In this document: positions 21,555 to 30,971 of the stretch, piece after piece
Position numbering within the stretch: the stretch's first letter is position 1
Layout of the letters: the number at the start of each line of letters is the position of its first letter
From: an uncultured Oscillospiraceae bacterium
GTDB lineage: Bacteria; Bacillota; Clostridia; Oscillospirales; Oscillospiraceae
Assembly: GCA_910578735.1 (NCBI GenBank)
Contig: CAJTSQ010000004.1
Coordinates: 22,507 to 86,506, forward strand
Direction: 5' to 3'
DNA length: 64,000 nt
Translations under genes and position numbers: made by a program
Notes under the pieces: model-generated
The model's database searches: none
What the model was told of the DNA's origin: nothing
The model's input: the letters and a program-made list of their open reading frames with translations, nothing else

Positions 21555-21814
21555 TCAAACCCGCCCCGTTCCGCCCGGTGGGCCAGGGTGGCAGAGGAGA
21601 GGGGAGACATATACACCACCGGCTCCCCCCAGCGGCTGTCCGCCAGGATGAAGGACCGGGGAAGGTCCTCGGTGAGCCAGATGGCACGGCCCTCCGCCTC
21701 CGCCCGCTCCAGCAGCTCCCGGGTCTTGTAGGCCCAGCTGGCGTTGTCCAAGTCGAAGATGCCTAAAATATCACTATCCGGAATGACCACCGATTGGCCT
21801 AGGTGAAGATACAT
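21551..21814 (-). CDS. remB: DUF370 family protein (RemB/YaaB-like)
   Basis: 87 aa. The position between recF and gyrB matches B. subtilis. The IIGIFDLD-type motif appears as ILGIFDLDN. Confidence 0.85.
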   Translation of the reverse strand: MYLHLGQSVVIPDSDILGIFDLDNASWAYKTRELLERAEAEGRAIWLTEDLPRSFILADSRWGEPVVYMSPLSSATLAHRAERGGFE

Positions 21815-21816
21815 TC

Positions 21817-22920
21817 CTACATCAGCCTCCCATCGTGGATATGGAACGCCTTTCCGCCCTCCAGCCCTTCCAGCTTCTCCTCCTCGCAGCAGGTGATAAA
21901 TACCTGCCCGCCCCGGATGCGGTTGAGGACAAAGGCCTGCCGCTTACTGTCCAGCTCGGAGAGGACATCGTCCAGCAGCAGGACGGGCCACTCGCCGGTC
22001 TCCTCCTGGAAAATTTCCCGCTGGGCCAGCTTGAGGGAGAGGGCGGCGGTACGGGTCTGGCCCTGGGAGGCGTAGGTCTTGGCGGACTGTCCGCCGATGG
22101 AAACAGCCAGGTCGTCCTTGTGGGGTCCGGACAGGCACTGCCGGGAATCCAGCTCCGCCTGGCGGTGCTTCTCCTGGTGCTCCAGCAGAAGGGGGAGCAG
22201 CTCCCGGGGCTGAGCTTGGGGGTCGGTAATGGTGGACACCGTCTTATAGCCCAGCTCCAGCCCTTCCCGGCCCCCGGAGAAATCGGCGTGGATAACAGGG
22301 GCGTGCTCCCGCAGGCGCTTGATGAAGTGGGCCCGGTAGTGAATCACAATCGCCCCTGTCTGAGCCATGCGAAGATTGAAATCGTCCAGGGTCTGGAGCA
22401 GATCAGGCCGCTCCGTCCAGTCCCGCAGGATTCGGGTCTTGTGGTCGTAAAGCCGGTTGTACTCCGTCAAAGCCTGGGCATACCGGGGCCGCAGCTGACA
22501 GATGGCTCCGTCCAGGAATTTCCGCCGCTCCACGGCTCCCGCCTTGATTAAAGAAAGGTCCTCGGGACAAAACAGCACGGTATTCAAAATTCCAGCCAGC
22601 TCCCCGGCGGTCTTCAGCTTCACCCCGTTGGAAAACAGCTGACGGCCCCGGCCCCGAAACAGTTTGGCCTCCAGAGTAAAGTCCCGGTCCCGGCTGAACA
22701 CCTCCCCCTTGACAAAGGCGGAGTCCACGTCCAGCATAATCATCTCCCGATCCCACCGGGCCCGGTGGGACCGGGCGGCGGAGAGATAGGCGATGGCCTC
22801 CAACAGGTTGGTCTTGCCCTGGGCGTTGTCGCCGTAGATCAGATTGACCCGGGAATCAAACTCCGCCTCAAGATGGGCGTAGTTGCGGAAAAAATCCAGC
22901 TCCAGGCGTTTGACAATCAC
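21817..22920 (-). CDS. recF: DNA replication/repair protein RecF
   Basis: 367 aa. It has the Walker A GDNAQGKTNLLEAI and the signature LSGPHKDDL...ASQGQTRTAALSLKLA. Confidence 0.97.
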   Translation of the reverse strand: MIVKRLELDFFRNYAHLEAEFDSRVNLIYGDNAQGKTNLLEAIAYLSAARSHRARWDREMIMLDVDSAFVKGEVFSRDRDFTLEAKLFRGRGRQLFSNGVKLKTAGELAGILNTVLFCPEDLSLIKAGAVERRKFLDGAICQLRPRYAQALTEYNRLYDHKTRILRDWTERPDLLQTLDDFNLRMAQTGAIVIHYRAHFIKRLREHAPVIHADFSGGREGLELGYKTVSTITDPQAQPRELLPLLLEHQEKHRQAELDSRQCLSGPHKDDLAVSIGGQSAKTYASQGQTRTAALSLKLAQREIFQEETGEWPVLLLDDVLSELDSKRQAFVLNRIRGGQVFITCCEEEKLEGLEGGKAFHIHDGRLM

Positions 22921-23132
22921 GTGACTACAAGCTCCGTCTCATTGTCGATAACCGCCTTGTCTCCGGGGCGCAGCTTTTTCCCCCGCATAGGGCAGGGCTC
23001 GCCGTTGACCGACACCCGGCCCTCCTGAATGATCAGCTTGGCGTCGCCGCCGGTCTCCACCGCCCCGGCGAACTTGAGCAGGTCCTGAAGCTTGATAAAT
23101 TCGGTGTGTATTTTGATCTCGTGGATCTCCAT
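22917..23132 (-). CDS. yaaA: S4-domain RNA-binding protein YaaA
   Basis: 71 aa. It overlaps the recF start by 4 nt. The position between dnaN and recF is conserved. Confidence 0.85.
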   Translation of the reverse strand: MEIHEIKIHTEFIKLQDLLKFAGAVETGGDAKLIIQEGRVSVNGEPCPMRGKKLRPGDKAVIDNETELVVT

Positions 23133-23143
23133 GCTATTCCCCC

Positions 23144-23159
23144 TGTTTCATGTGAAACA
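23144..23159. promoter_or_regulatory. parS-like site (one core mismatch)
   Basis: TGTTTCATGTGAAACA compared with the parS consensus TGTTNCACGTGAAACA. It is a perfect palindrome lying 12 nt upstream of the yaaA ATG. Confidence 0.55.
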
Positions 23160-23170
23160 TTGTCCCTGTC

Positions 23171-23240
23171 GGGACGCTTCACAAAGCGTCCGGGCATCAG
23201 GACCGATTTTGGGCACGGACGCATCATGATGCGTCCCTAC
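23171..23240 (+). repeat. GTAG/CTAC-capped palindromic doublet, copy C (left cap decayed)
   Basis: It reads GGGACGCTTCACAAAGCGTCC-24 nt-GGACGCATCATGATGCGTCCCTAC, between yaaA and dnaN. Confidence 0.8.
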
Positions 23241-23255
23241 AGATGCAAATAAAAT

Positions 23256-24362
23256 CTAATTCGCTTTCAGCCGCACAGGCAGCACCATATAGGTAAAATT
23301 CTCCTCTCCCTCGGCGGGCAGGATGACGCAGGGGGCCACCCCGGAGGTAAATTCCATGCGCAGCTTGTCGGCGGGGGCGGCCTTCAGGGCGTCCATCAGG
23401 TACTTGTTGTTAAAACCGATCTCCAGCCCGCCGCCGTTGCCGTTGATGACGCACTGATCGGCGGCGTCCCCGATGGCGGTCTTGGTGGTGATATTTACCA
23501 TGCCGTCCCCAAAGACGCAGCGCAGGGGGGATTTCAGCTTTTCGCTGATGATAAGTGACACCCGGTCGATGGAGGACAGCAGGGCCCGGGCCTCTACCTC
23601 GATCTGAATGGAGTTGTTCCGAGGGATGGCGTTGCGGTAGGCCAAAAAGTCCCCCTCCAGCCTGCGGCAGACCAGCACGGTATCTCCCGTCTGGAACATG
23701 ACATGCCGGGCCCCCTGGGTGACGGTGACCAGCTCCTCCCCAGAGCATATTTTTTCCACTTCTCCCAGTGCTGAACCAGGAACCACAAAAGAGAAGGAGT
23801 CCGCCCCTTTTTTCTCCTCCACGTCCTCATGGCGCAGGGCCAGGCGGTAGCCGTCCACCGACACCACGGTGAGGCCGGCGCTGTCCACCTCAAAGAGAGA
23901 GCCGGTATGGATGGGCCGGCTCTCATTGTCGCTGACGGCAAAGAGGGTCTGCGCGATCATAGACCGGAGCACCGGCTGCTTGATGGTCAGGGTGTTCTGC
24001 TGGTCCACGGCGGGCAGCTCGGGGAACTCCTCCGGGTCGGTGCCCAGAATGTTAAACTCACTCAGCCCGCATTTGATGTTGACGGTGTACCCCTGAGAGG
24101 AGAAGACCACCACATCGTCAGGCAGCTTACGGACGATCTCACCAAAGAGCCGGGCGGACAGCACCAGAGACCCTCCCTCCAGAATCTCAGCGGGGACGGT
24201 GGCCTGGATCCCTGTCTCCAGGTTGTAGCCGGTGAGTCGGAGGGCCTGGCCCGCCTCAACAAGGATGCCCTCCATAGCGGGAATGGAGCTCTTTGCAGCC
24301 ACCGCCCGGGAGGTGACGGACACCGCGGCGGACAGCAGAGCCTTTTCGCAGGAGAATTTCAT
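23256..24362 (-). CDS. dnaN: DNA polymerase III beta sliding clamp
   Basis: The ATG at 24362 has a GGAGGAA SD, giving 368 aa. The upstream part of ORF 23256..24569 is oriC DNA. Confidence 0.97.
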   Translation of the reverse strand: MKFSCEKALLSAAVSVTSRAVAAKSSIPAMEGILVEAGQALRLTGYNLETGIQATVPAEILEGGSLVLSARLFGEIVRKLPDDVVVFSSQGYTVNIKCGLSEFNILGTDPEEFPELPAVDQQNTLTIKQPVLRSMIAQTLFAVSDNESRPIHTGSLFEVDSAGLTVVSVDGYRLALRHEDVEEKKGADSFSFVVPGSALGEVEKICSGEELVTVTQGARHVMFQTGDTVLVCRRLEGDFLAYRNAIPRNNSIQIEVEARALLSSIDRVSLIISEKLKSPLRCVFGDGMVNITTKTAIGDAADQCVINGNGGGLEIGFNNKYLMDALKAAPADKLRMEFTSGVAPCVILPAEGEENFTYMVLPVRLKAN

Positions 24363-24445
24363 AAACGGTTCCTCCAATCTTTTTTCTCTCCCGCAATAGG
24401 AGGAGAGGATATTTTTTAGTAACAGTAGATAGTAGGCAAAAAAAA

Positions 24446-24582
24446 TGTGGAAAGAGGGCGCAAAGCCTTGCAGCTCTAAGCAAATCAACTCCACAGGGGA
24501 TGTGGACAGAAAGAGAGGGTTTTCCACAGCTGCCCCCACTATCCACAGCTGTCCACAAACATTCCACATTTTTTGTGGACAG
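24446..24582. promoter_or_regulatory. oriC: oriC DnaA-box cluster (dnaA-dnaN spacer)
   Basis: At least eight 9-mers lie within 1-2 mismatches of TTATCCACA. They are 24446 TGTGGAAAG(rc), 24487 AACTCCACA, 24501 TGTGGACAG(rc), 24520 TTTTCCACA, 24539 CTATCCACA, 24549 CTGTCCACA, 24560 CATTCCACA and 24574 TGTGGACAG(rc). AT-rich tracts flank the cluster. Confidence 0.85.
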
Positions 24583-24661
24583 CTGTTGGCTGTTAAAGTT
24601 AACAGGAAAGCTCTCTTTGATTTTTTTCCAGAGAAAAAGAACGCCAGCCTGACAGGGGCCG

Positions 24662-25978
24662 TTACTCATAGCGTGAATTGATGTTTGTAGTGATGTCCTT
24701 CACGATCTCCGCCTTCTCCGGATCATTCTTCACCAGATCTTCAATGCGGTTAAGGGCGTTCAGAACAGTGCTGTGGTCCCGGCCGCCAAACTCCTGACCG
24801 ATCTCCTTTAGAGAAAGGTTGGTCATTCGGCGGATCTGATACATGGCGATCTGCCGGGCCAGGGAGATGTCCTTGGAGCGGCCCTGCCCCCGGAGGAGTT
24901 CAGGCTCCAGATTGTAGAACTTGCACACCTCGTCAATAATGACGTCTGCAGTGGGCAGAATGTCAGATTTTTCCTTAAAGATATCCTTCACCGCCCGGAT
25001 AACGGTGTTCTTATCCACCGTGTCCCCGTTCAGATCCTGGAAGGCCATGATTTTATTCACCGTGCCCTCAATCTGACGCACGTTGGCGGTGATATTCTCG
25101 GCGATGAGCTGGATAATGTAGTCGGGCAGGTCCATCCCCATACGGATGGCCTTGTTCTTGATGATGGCCATGCGCGTCTCGTAGTCAGGGGGGATGATAT
25201 CGGCCAGCAGGCCCCACTCGAAGCGGGTCTTCAGCCGGTCTTCCAGGCGGAGCATCTCCTTGGGCGGCCGGTCGGAGGTGAAGACGATCTGCTTTTTCAG
25301 CTCATACAGAGTGTTAAAGGTGTGGAACATCTCCTCCTGCGTGGAATCCCGGCCAGCGATGAACTGTACATCGTCCATAAGAAATACATCGGCCCTGCGG
25401 TATTTGTCCCGGAACTCCTGGGTCCTGCCCTCCCGGATGGCGGTGACCAGCTCGTTAGTAAACGCGTCCCCCTTGACGTAGATGATTTTAAAATCCGGGT
25501 GGTTGGAGTGGATGGTATGTGCGATGGAGTAGAGCAGATGCGTTTTACCCAGGCCGGAGTTGCCAAAGATGAACAGGGGATTGTAGCTCTCCCCCGGATT
25601 GTCCGCCGCTTTGCGGGCGGCGGCGTGGGCAAATTTGTTGGAGGCCCCCACTACAAAGCGGTCGAAGGTGTATTCCTCTGTGCCGGGAAGGAAGGAGGCG
25701 GGCTTGCTCCCCTTCTGCATCCGGTCTAGTTCTCCCTCTGTGAGAACGGTGACCTGGAAGTCAGCGGAGAACAGCTCATGGAGGGCGTTCTGGATGGGGC
25801 TGATATAGCGTGCAGCAATGATGTCCCGCTTGAAGCGGGTAGGGCTGTAGAGCAAAAAGCGGTCCTCCTCCAGGGAGACGGCCGTGGCGTCGTCAAACCA
25901 GGTATTCAGAGTGGTGGCAGTCATCTCAGCCCCCATCAGGGCTTTTACCTTTTCCCATACTTCTGCGGCTGGGTTCAT
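24662..25978 (-). CDS. dnaA: chromosomal replication initiator DnaA
   Basis: 438 aa. It has the AAA+ motif GNSGLGKTHLL and the domain IV sequence ...RDHSTVLNALNRIE. Confidence 0.98.
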   Translation of the reverse strand: MNPAAEVWEKVKALMGAEMTATTLNTWFDDATAVSLEEDRFLLYSPTRFKRDIIAARYISPIQNALHELFSADFQVTVLTEGELDRMQKGSKPASFLPGTEEYTFDRFVVGASNKFAHAAARKAADNPGESYNPLFIFGNSGLGKTHLLYSIAHTIHSNHPDFKIIYVKGDAFTNELVTAIREGRTQEFRDKYRRADVFLMDDVQFIAGRDSTQEEMFHTFNTLYELKKQIVFTSDRPPKEMLRLEDRLKTRFEWGLLADIIPPDYETRMAIIKNKAIRMGMDLPDYIIQLIAENITANVRQIEGTVNKIMAFQDLNGDTVDKNTVIRAVKDIFKEKSDILPTADVIIDEVCKFYNLEPELLRGQGRSKDISLARQIAMYQIRRMTNLSLKEIGQEFGGRDHSTVLNALNRIEDLVKNDPEKAEIVKDITTNINSRYE

Positions 25979-26227
25979 AGCGCTCCTCCTTTTATCTGCG
26001 GGCGGCGCAAACTTTTAAAGCGCCCTCCCCGTACCTACAGAGAAGGCGGCTGAACGTGTAATTTTTCACATCTGCCATTATACCAAAAATTCGGATGGAC
26101 AGCAAGGTTTTTCCTTATTTTTATTTTAAATGTATGGAAAAGCTTGTATATGTAGAAAACATGAATCACAATATGTAGTTCGGATAAAAAAATTGTAAAA
26201 AACCCGGTCCTTGGAGCAAAAAGATGG

Positions 26228-26257
26228 TTGACAGAGGCGGCATGAATCCGCTATAAT
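26228..26257 (+). promoter_or_regulatory. putative promoter of rpmH-rnpA-yidD-yidC-jag
   Basis: TTGACA (26228-26233), 18-nt spacer, TATAAT (26252-26257). Confidence 0.5.
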
Positions 26258-26388
26258 GGTGGACGTATCTTTTGAGGCGAGTGTTTTTGCGCCTGCTTTC
26301 TTAAGAGAATAACCGCAGACCGCAGCCTGTATGGGGCTGTTGTTGGGCCGGGAGAGCCGGCTTGAGATCAAATGAGGAGGTGTCCCCC

Positions 26389-26523
26389 ATGCTTCGTACC
26401 TATCAGCCCAAAAAGCGCCAGCGCTCTAAGGAGCACGGCTTCCGTAAGCGTATGGCAACCCGGAATGGCCGCAAGGTGCTGGCCCGCCGCCGCGCCAAGG
26501 GCCGCGCCCGTCTGACCCACTGA
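26389..26523 (+). CDS. rpmH: 50S ribosomal protein L34
   Basis: It is below the ORF-track cutoff. It reads [44 protein letters not shown] and has a GAGGAGG SD. Confidence 0.95.
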   Translation: MLRTYQPKKRQRSKEHGFRKRMATRNGRKVLARRRAKGRARLTH

Positions 26524-26673
26524 GAAGGGAGGGGCGGCCTGTCCGCCCGTTTCAGCCAGTGAGGCAGGGCCGGATCTTTTATGAGACGGATAAGAGGACA
26601 CAGTTTTAGATAGCGCACAAACCAGGGGCGTGGGAGAAATTCCCCCGCCCTATCTGTGCATATGGAGGAAAGC

Positions 26674-27027
26674 ATGAAGTATACCCTGTCCTTAAAACAA
26701 AATCATGAGTTCCGCCGGCTGTATAACAAGGGAAAAAGCGCTGTGTCCCCCTATTTTGTCATCTACTGCAGAAAGACCGGCCGGCCGGTAAACCGGCTGG
26801 GGATAACCACCAGCGTCAAGCTGGGCAACGCTGTGAAGCGCAACCGGGCCCGCCGCCGCATCCGGGAGCTGTACCGCACCCATGAGGGCGGGATGCTTCT
26901 CGGTTATGATATCGTAATCGTCGCCCGGACCCGGGTGATTTACGGGCGGTATGGGGAGCTGGAGCGCAGCTTTGGCCAGCTGACAAAAAAATTGGGCCTT
27001 CTTTCCGCAAAGGGGGACAGGCCCTGA
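26674..27027 (+). CDS. rnpA: ribonuclease P protein component
   Basis: The ATG at 26674 has a GGAGGA SD. It shows the RNase P protein pattern [15 protein letters not shown]. Confidence 0.9.
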   Translation: MKYTLSLKQNHEFRRLYNKGKSAVSPYFVIYCRKTGRPVNRLGITTSVKLGNAVKRNRARRRIRELYRTHEGGMLLGYDIVIVARTRVIYGRYGELERSFGQLTKKLGLLSAKGDRP

Positions 27028-27245
27028 TGAAAACTCTGCTGTTGTCTCTGATCCGGTTTTATCGGCAAAATATCTCACCCCTGCGCCCCCCCTGCTGCCG
27101 CTTTATCCCCACCTGTTCGGAGTACGCCCTGGAGGCGGTGGAGAAGTACGGCGCTGTCAAGGGGGGATGGCTGGCCCTGCGCAGGCTTGCGAGGTGCCAC
27201 CCCTTCCACCGGCAGAAGTCCGTTGAATATGACCCCGTTCCCTAG
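27027..27245 (+). CDS. yidD: membrane protein insertion efficiency factor YidD
   Basis: 72 aa. The motif is [19 protein letters not shown]. Confidence 0.9.
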   Translation: MKTLLLSLIRFYRQNISPLRPPCCRFIPTCSEYALEAVEKYGAVKGGWLALRRLARCHPFHRQKSVEYDPVP

Positions 27246-27282
27246 GGGCTCTGCCACAACTTGATATGCGGAGGTAACTTTT

Positions 27283-28551
27283 GTGGGTATTATTTTACAA
27301 CCCTTTGCCTGGCTGCTGCTGTTTTTCTATAATCTGTTCAGCAGCTACGGCATAGCCCTGATTCTCTTTGCCATTGTCATTAAACTGGTGCTCTTCCCCG
27401 TCACGCTGAAGAGTAAAAAGAGCATGATTCAGACTACCATGCTCTCGGGAAAGATGCAGCAGCTGCAAAAGCAGTACGGCAAGGACAGGGAGCGCTACAA
27501 TCTGGAGCTCCAGAAGCTCTATGAGAAGGAGAAGGTCAACCCCATGGGGGGCTGCGTCTGGTCCCTCATCCCCATGATTATCCTGATCCTTCTGTACAGC
27601 ATCATCCGTTACCCTCTGACCTATTTTATGGGGATGTCCGACGATCAGATTCAGACACTGGCCACCCAGCTCAACTGGTCTGATGTGGCCATCGCAAACG
27701 GTTGGGTGACGGCCGCTGTGATGGAAAAGGCGGAGGGCCTGTTCCAAAACGGTGCCTATAATCAGCTGTATCTGCTCTCCCTGGTCACCAAGGAAAATCT
27801 GGCTTCCCTCCAGTCGGCTGTGGGCGCGGACGGCCTGTTTGTCATGAACTTCAAGTTCATTGGTATTGACCTGTCCAGAATCCCCAACTGGAGATTCTGG
27901 GCCGGCGGGATTACCCCGGGCTCCATCGGTCTGTTTATTCTGCCAATCGTCTCGGTGTGCGTGTCCTTCCTGTCTATGAAGGTGTCTATGGCCACCAACC
28001 AGATGAACAATCAGACGGAAAACAAGCAGATGGACCAGACCAACAAGATGATGATGTGGATGATGCCACTGATGTCCCTGTGGATTGGCTTTACCGTTCC
28101 CGCCGGACTGTCCATCTACTGGATTGCCCAGTATTTTACGCAGATGATTCAGGAGGTCATCTGCGGCCGTATGTTGAAAAAGGACTACGAGGCCGCCCGC
28201 CAGGCCGCCGCCAAGCGGGAGGCTGAGGAGAAGGAGGAGGAGAAGCGCCGCAAGGAGGAGGCCCGCCTGGAGCGCCAGCGCCGCCTTGAGGAGGAGAAGA
28301 AGAACCGGGGCAAGAAAAAGACCTCCCTCAAGAAAGACGCGGAGCCGGACCAGGAGGGCGTCAACCGGGAGGACAGCCGTGAGGGCATCCGGGCCTATGC
28401 CCGGGGCCGGTCCTATATCCCCGGCCGCTATGGCGAGGTGACCCCCTATACCGACCCGAATCAGCTTTTCCGGGCCATCACCGCCGCCGAAGCGGCCAAA
28501 AAGGGAAAAAAGAAGTCCAAACCGGCCAAGGACAATAAGAAGGAGGGCTAA
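27283..28551 (+). CDS. yidC: YidC/Oxa1 family membrane insertase with a long Lys/Glu-rich C-terminal tail
   Basis: It starts at GTG with a GGAGGT SD. It has a 5-TM core (PAGLSIYW) and a highly charged tail of roughly 120 aa. Confidence 0.93.
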   Translation: MGIILQPFAWLLLFFYNLFSSYGIALILFAIVIKLVLFPVTLKSKKSMIQTTMLSGKMQQLQKQYGKDRERYNLELQKLYEKEKVNPMGGCVWSLIPMIILILLYSIIRYPLTYFMGMSDDQIQTLATQLNWSDVAIANGWVTAAVMEKAEGLFQNGAYNQLYLLSLVTKENLASLQSAVGADGLFVMNFKFIGIDLSRIPNWRFWAGGITPGSIGLFILPIVSVCVSFLSMKVSMATNQMNNQTENKQMDQTNKMMMWMMPLMSLWIGFTVPAGLSIYWIAQYFTQMIQEVICGRMLKKDYEAARQAAAKREAEEKEEEKRRKEEARLERQRRLEEEKKNRGKKKTSLKKDAEPDQEGVNREDSREGIRAYARGRSYIPGRYGEVTPYTDPNQLFRAITAAEAAKKGKKKSKPAKDNKKEG

Positions 28552-28554
28552 GGG

Positions 28555-29553
28555 ATGTTAAAGTGGATCGAGACCACCGGGCGCTCTGAGGAGGACGCCA
28601 TTGCCGCCGCCCTGTTCCAGCTGGGACTGGAGCGCGACGATGTGTCGGTGGAAGTCATTGAGCGGGCCAAGTCCGGATTTCTGGGCTTTGGCAGCAACCC
28701 GGCCAAGGTTCGGGTGAGTTATAACGAAGTGGACGGCGTGGCCCGCCCCATTCACGACGAGCCTCTCCTTCCGGAGCCAAAACCCGCGTCCAAGGCGGCT
28801 GCCCCCGCCCCTGTGAGGGAGGAGACCGTCCTTCCCGCGTCAAAGCCGGTAAAGCAGCAGGTTTCTAAGCCGGCCGAGAAGGTGGAGGAGGTCCCCGCCG
28901 CCCCCGTTGCGGAGGAGACCATCCTCTCCGCCAAGCCAGGCATGGCCCCCCCCAGAGCCCGCCAGTCCCGGCCTGAACGCCGGGAGCGCCCCCGCCGCCA
29001 GGAAAACCGCTTGCAGGAGGGGGATGAGGTGCTTATCGGCAGTGCCCCCGCTCCTCGGGAGCCCGTCACCATAAATCCCGTCAGTCCGGAGGATGAGCGC
29101 GCCAATCAGATCAGGACTTTTCTTATCGGGCTGATGGAACATCTCAAGGTGGAGGCCGCTCCGGATATCTTTGTCACCGGCGAGGGCAACTATAAGGTCA
29201 TCCTTCAGGGCCAGGATCTGGGGGCCATTATCGGCCGCCGGGGGGAGACCTTAGACGCTATCCAGCAGCTCACCAGCTACACCGTCAACCGGGGCCAGTC
29301 CAAGCGGGTGCGTATCCATGTGGACGCCGAGGGCTACCGGGCCAAGCGGGAGGAGTCCCTCCAGCGGCTGGCCGTGAAGGTGGCGGGCAAGGTCGTCAAG
29401 TATCGCAAGAACATGACCCTGGAGCCCATGAACGCCTACGAGCGCCACGTGATCCACACCGCCCTTCAGGACTACAAGGGCGTTTCGACCTACTCCACCG
29501 GCGTGGAGCCCAACCGCCGTACCGTGGTGGCCTACGCCCCCCATCAGAGATAA
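28555..29553 (+). CDS. khpB: Jag/KhpB RNA-binding protein (Jag_N, KH, R3H)
   Basis: 332 aa. It has an N-terminal Jag_N and a Pro/Ala-rich linker. Its C-terminal KH/R3H region reads GRRGETLDAIQ...ERHVIHTAL. Confidence 0.9.
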   Translation: MLKWIETTGRSEEDAIAAALFQLGLERDDVSVEVIERAKSGFLGFGSNPAKVRVSYNEVDGVARPIHDEPLLPEPKPASKAAAPAPVREETVLPASKPVKQQVSKPAEKVEEVPAAPVAEETILSAKPGMAPPRARQSRPERRERPRRQENRLQEGDEVLIGSAPAPREPVTINPVSPEDERANQIRTFLIGLMEHLKVEAAPDIFVTGEGNYKVILQGQDLGAIIGRRGETLDAIQQLTSYTVNRGQSKRVRIHVDAEGYRAKREESLQRLAVKVAGKVVKYRKNMTLEPMNAYERHVIHTALQDYKGVSTYSTGVEPNRRTVVAYAPHQR

Positions 29554-29560
29554 TTGACAA

Positions 29561-29592
29561 AGGCGGAAGGGGAGACCCTTCCGCCTTTTTTG
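29561..29592 (+). terminator. intrinsic terminator after jag
   Basis: AGGCGGAAGGG-GAGA-CCCTTCCGCCT followed by TTTTTT. Confidence 0.75.
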
Positions 29593-29603
29593 GAGGGAAT
29601 CCT

Positions 29604-30929
29604 ATGCCTACACCTCTTTACGACGCCCTGCGGAAATACGCGGACCGGGAGCCTGTCCGCTATCACATGCCGGGACACAAAGGCCAGCCCTTTCCTCCTG
29701 CGGACCTGAAGTGGCTGGCCCCCATCGACGTGACCGAGCTGCCCGAGACGGGCAACCTCTACGAGGCCGGGGAGCCTTTTGACTCTGCCCAGGCCCTGTG
29801 GGCGGAGATCTTCGGCTTTGACCAGTGCCAGTTTCTCACCGGAGGGTCCACTATGGGGGTACACACTGGCCTGGCTCTGTGCGCCCGACCGGGGGAGAGG
29901 GTACTCATGGACCGGTGCTGCCACCGCTCGGCCTTTAACGCCCTGGCCCTTCTGGATTTGGAGCCCGTCTGGCTGGATCGGATTTGGCTGAGATCCGAGA
30001 ATCTTCCCGGCCCCGTCTCTCCGGGGGCGGTGGAGCAGGCCCTGGAGGAGTGCCCGGATATTAAGACAGTGTGTATTACTTCGCCAACTTATGCCGGAGT
30101 GTTGTCAAATGTTGGGGCCATCTCTCAAATTGTCCACGCCCATAGTGGGAGGCTCTTTGTAGACGGGGCTCACGGGGCCCACCTGCCCTTTTTGGGACTG
30201 GCCCCCTTCTGGGGGGCGGATGTGGTATCCGTCTCCGCTCACAAGACCCTCCCCGCCATGGGACAGTCCGCCCTGCTCTTTGCCAGCGGATTCGACTCCG
30301 ATCTGGTGCGGCGGACCGCCTCTGTCTTCGGCACCTCCAGCCCCTCCTACCCTATGCTGGCTTCTCTGGACGTAGTCCGGGACTGGATGGTGAATTGGGG
30401 GACGGAGAAATACCGGCAAGTCGCCGTCCGTGTGGCCGAGCTGCGGCAGGCCTTTCCCAGCCTGACCGACCGCCCCTACTCCGGCTTCTCCCTGGACCCC
30501 ACCCGGTTTGTGCTGAAGGTGAAGGACGGCCCCGCCTTTGTTCGGACCCTAAGAGAGCGGGGGTATGTGCCGGAGATGGAGGACGGAGGCCATGTGGTCT
30601 TTATCTGCACCTGTCAGGATACGGGAAAGGCGATCCCCTATCTGGCCGCCCGGCTGGAGGAACTGCAAGACATGATGGGAGACTGCCCACCTATCTCTGC
30701 CCCGCCCCTTCCGGAGCAGGTGCTCTTCCCACGGCAGGCCCTTTTCGCCCCCAGCCGGGTGAGGCCTTTGGAGGACTGCGAGGGGGAGGTTGCCGCCTGT
30801 CAGATTGCCCCATACCCTCCCGGCGTGCCGGTAGTGGCTCCAGGAGAGCGAATTTCAAAAAAAGAGCTGGCCTATTTGAAGAAAATAGGGTATAATATGC
30901 TGTCAGAAGTTCGGACGCTTATATTGTAG
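29604..30929 (+). CDS. Orn/Lys/Arg decarboxylase-family PLP enzyme (YaaO-like)
   Basis: 441 aa. The N-terminal YHMPGHKG motif is present. Synteny with holB/ricT matches the B. subtilis yaaO-tmk-holB-yaaT arrangement. Confidence 0.85.
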   Translation: MPTPLYDALRKYADREPVRYHMPGHKGQPFPPADLKWLAPIDVTELPETGNLYEAGEPFDSAQALWAEIFGFDQCQFLTGGSTMGVHTGLALCARPGERVLMDRCCHRSAFNALALLDLEPVWLDRIWLRSENLPGPVSPGAVEQALEECPDIKTVCITSPTYAGVLSNVGAISQIVHAHSGRLFVDGAHGAHLPFLGLAPFWGADVVSVSAHKTLPAMGQSALLFASGFDSDLVRRTASVFGTSSPSYPMLASLDVVRDWMVNWGTEKYRQVAVRVAELRQAFPSLTDRPYSGFSLDPTRFVLKVKDGPAFVRTLRERGYVPEMEDGGHVVFICTCQDTGKAIPYLAARLEELQDMMGDCPPISAPPLPEQVLFPRQALFAPSRVRPLEDCEGEVAACQIAPYPPGVPVVAPGERISKKELAYLKKIGYNMLSEVRTLIL

Positions 30930-30952
30930 GGGCGGCCACAGGCCGCCTCTAC
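30926..30952. repeat. GTAG/CTAC-capped hairpin (second palindrome type)
   Basis: It reads GTAGGGGCGGCCACAGGCCGCCTCTAC. The GTAG contains the TAG stop of the decarboxylase gene. It shares a 19-nt core with 37777..37801 in reverse orientation. Confidence 0.6.
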
Positions 30953-30971
30953 AGGAGTCAGAGGAGAGCCT

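Noticed and set aside
25979-26388. DnaA-box cluster in the dnaA-rpmH spacer
   Set aside because: Only weak 2-mismatch candidates (for example TTTTTCACA near 26063) were found. The region is AT-rich around 26100-26215 but lacks the box density seen in the dnaA-dnaN spacer.
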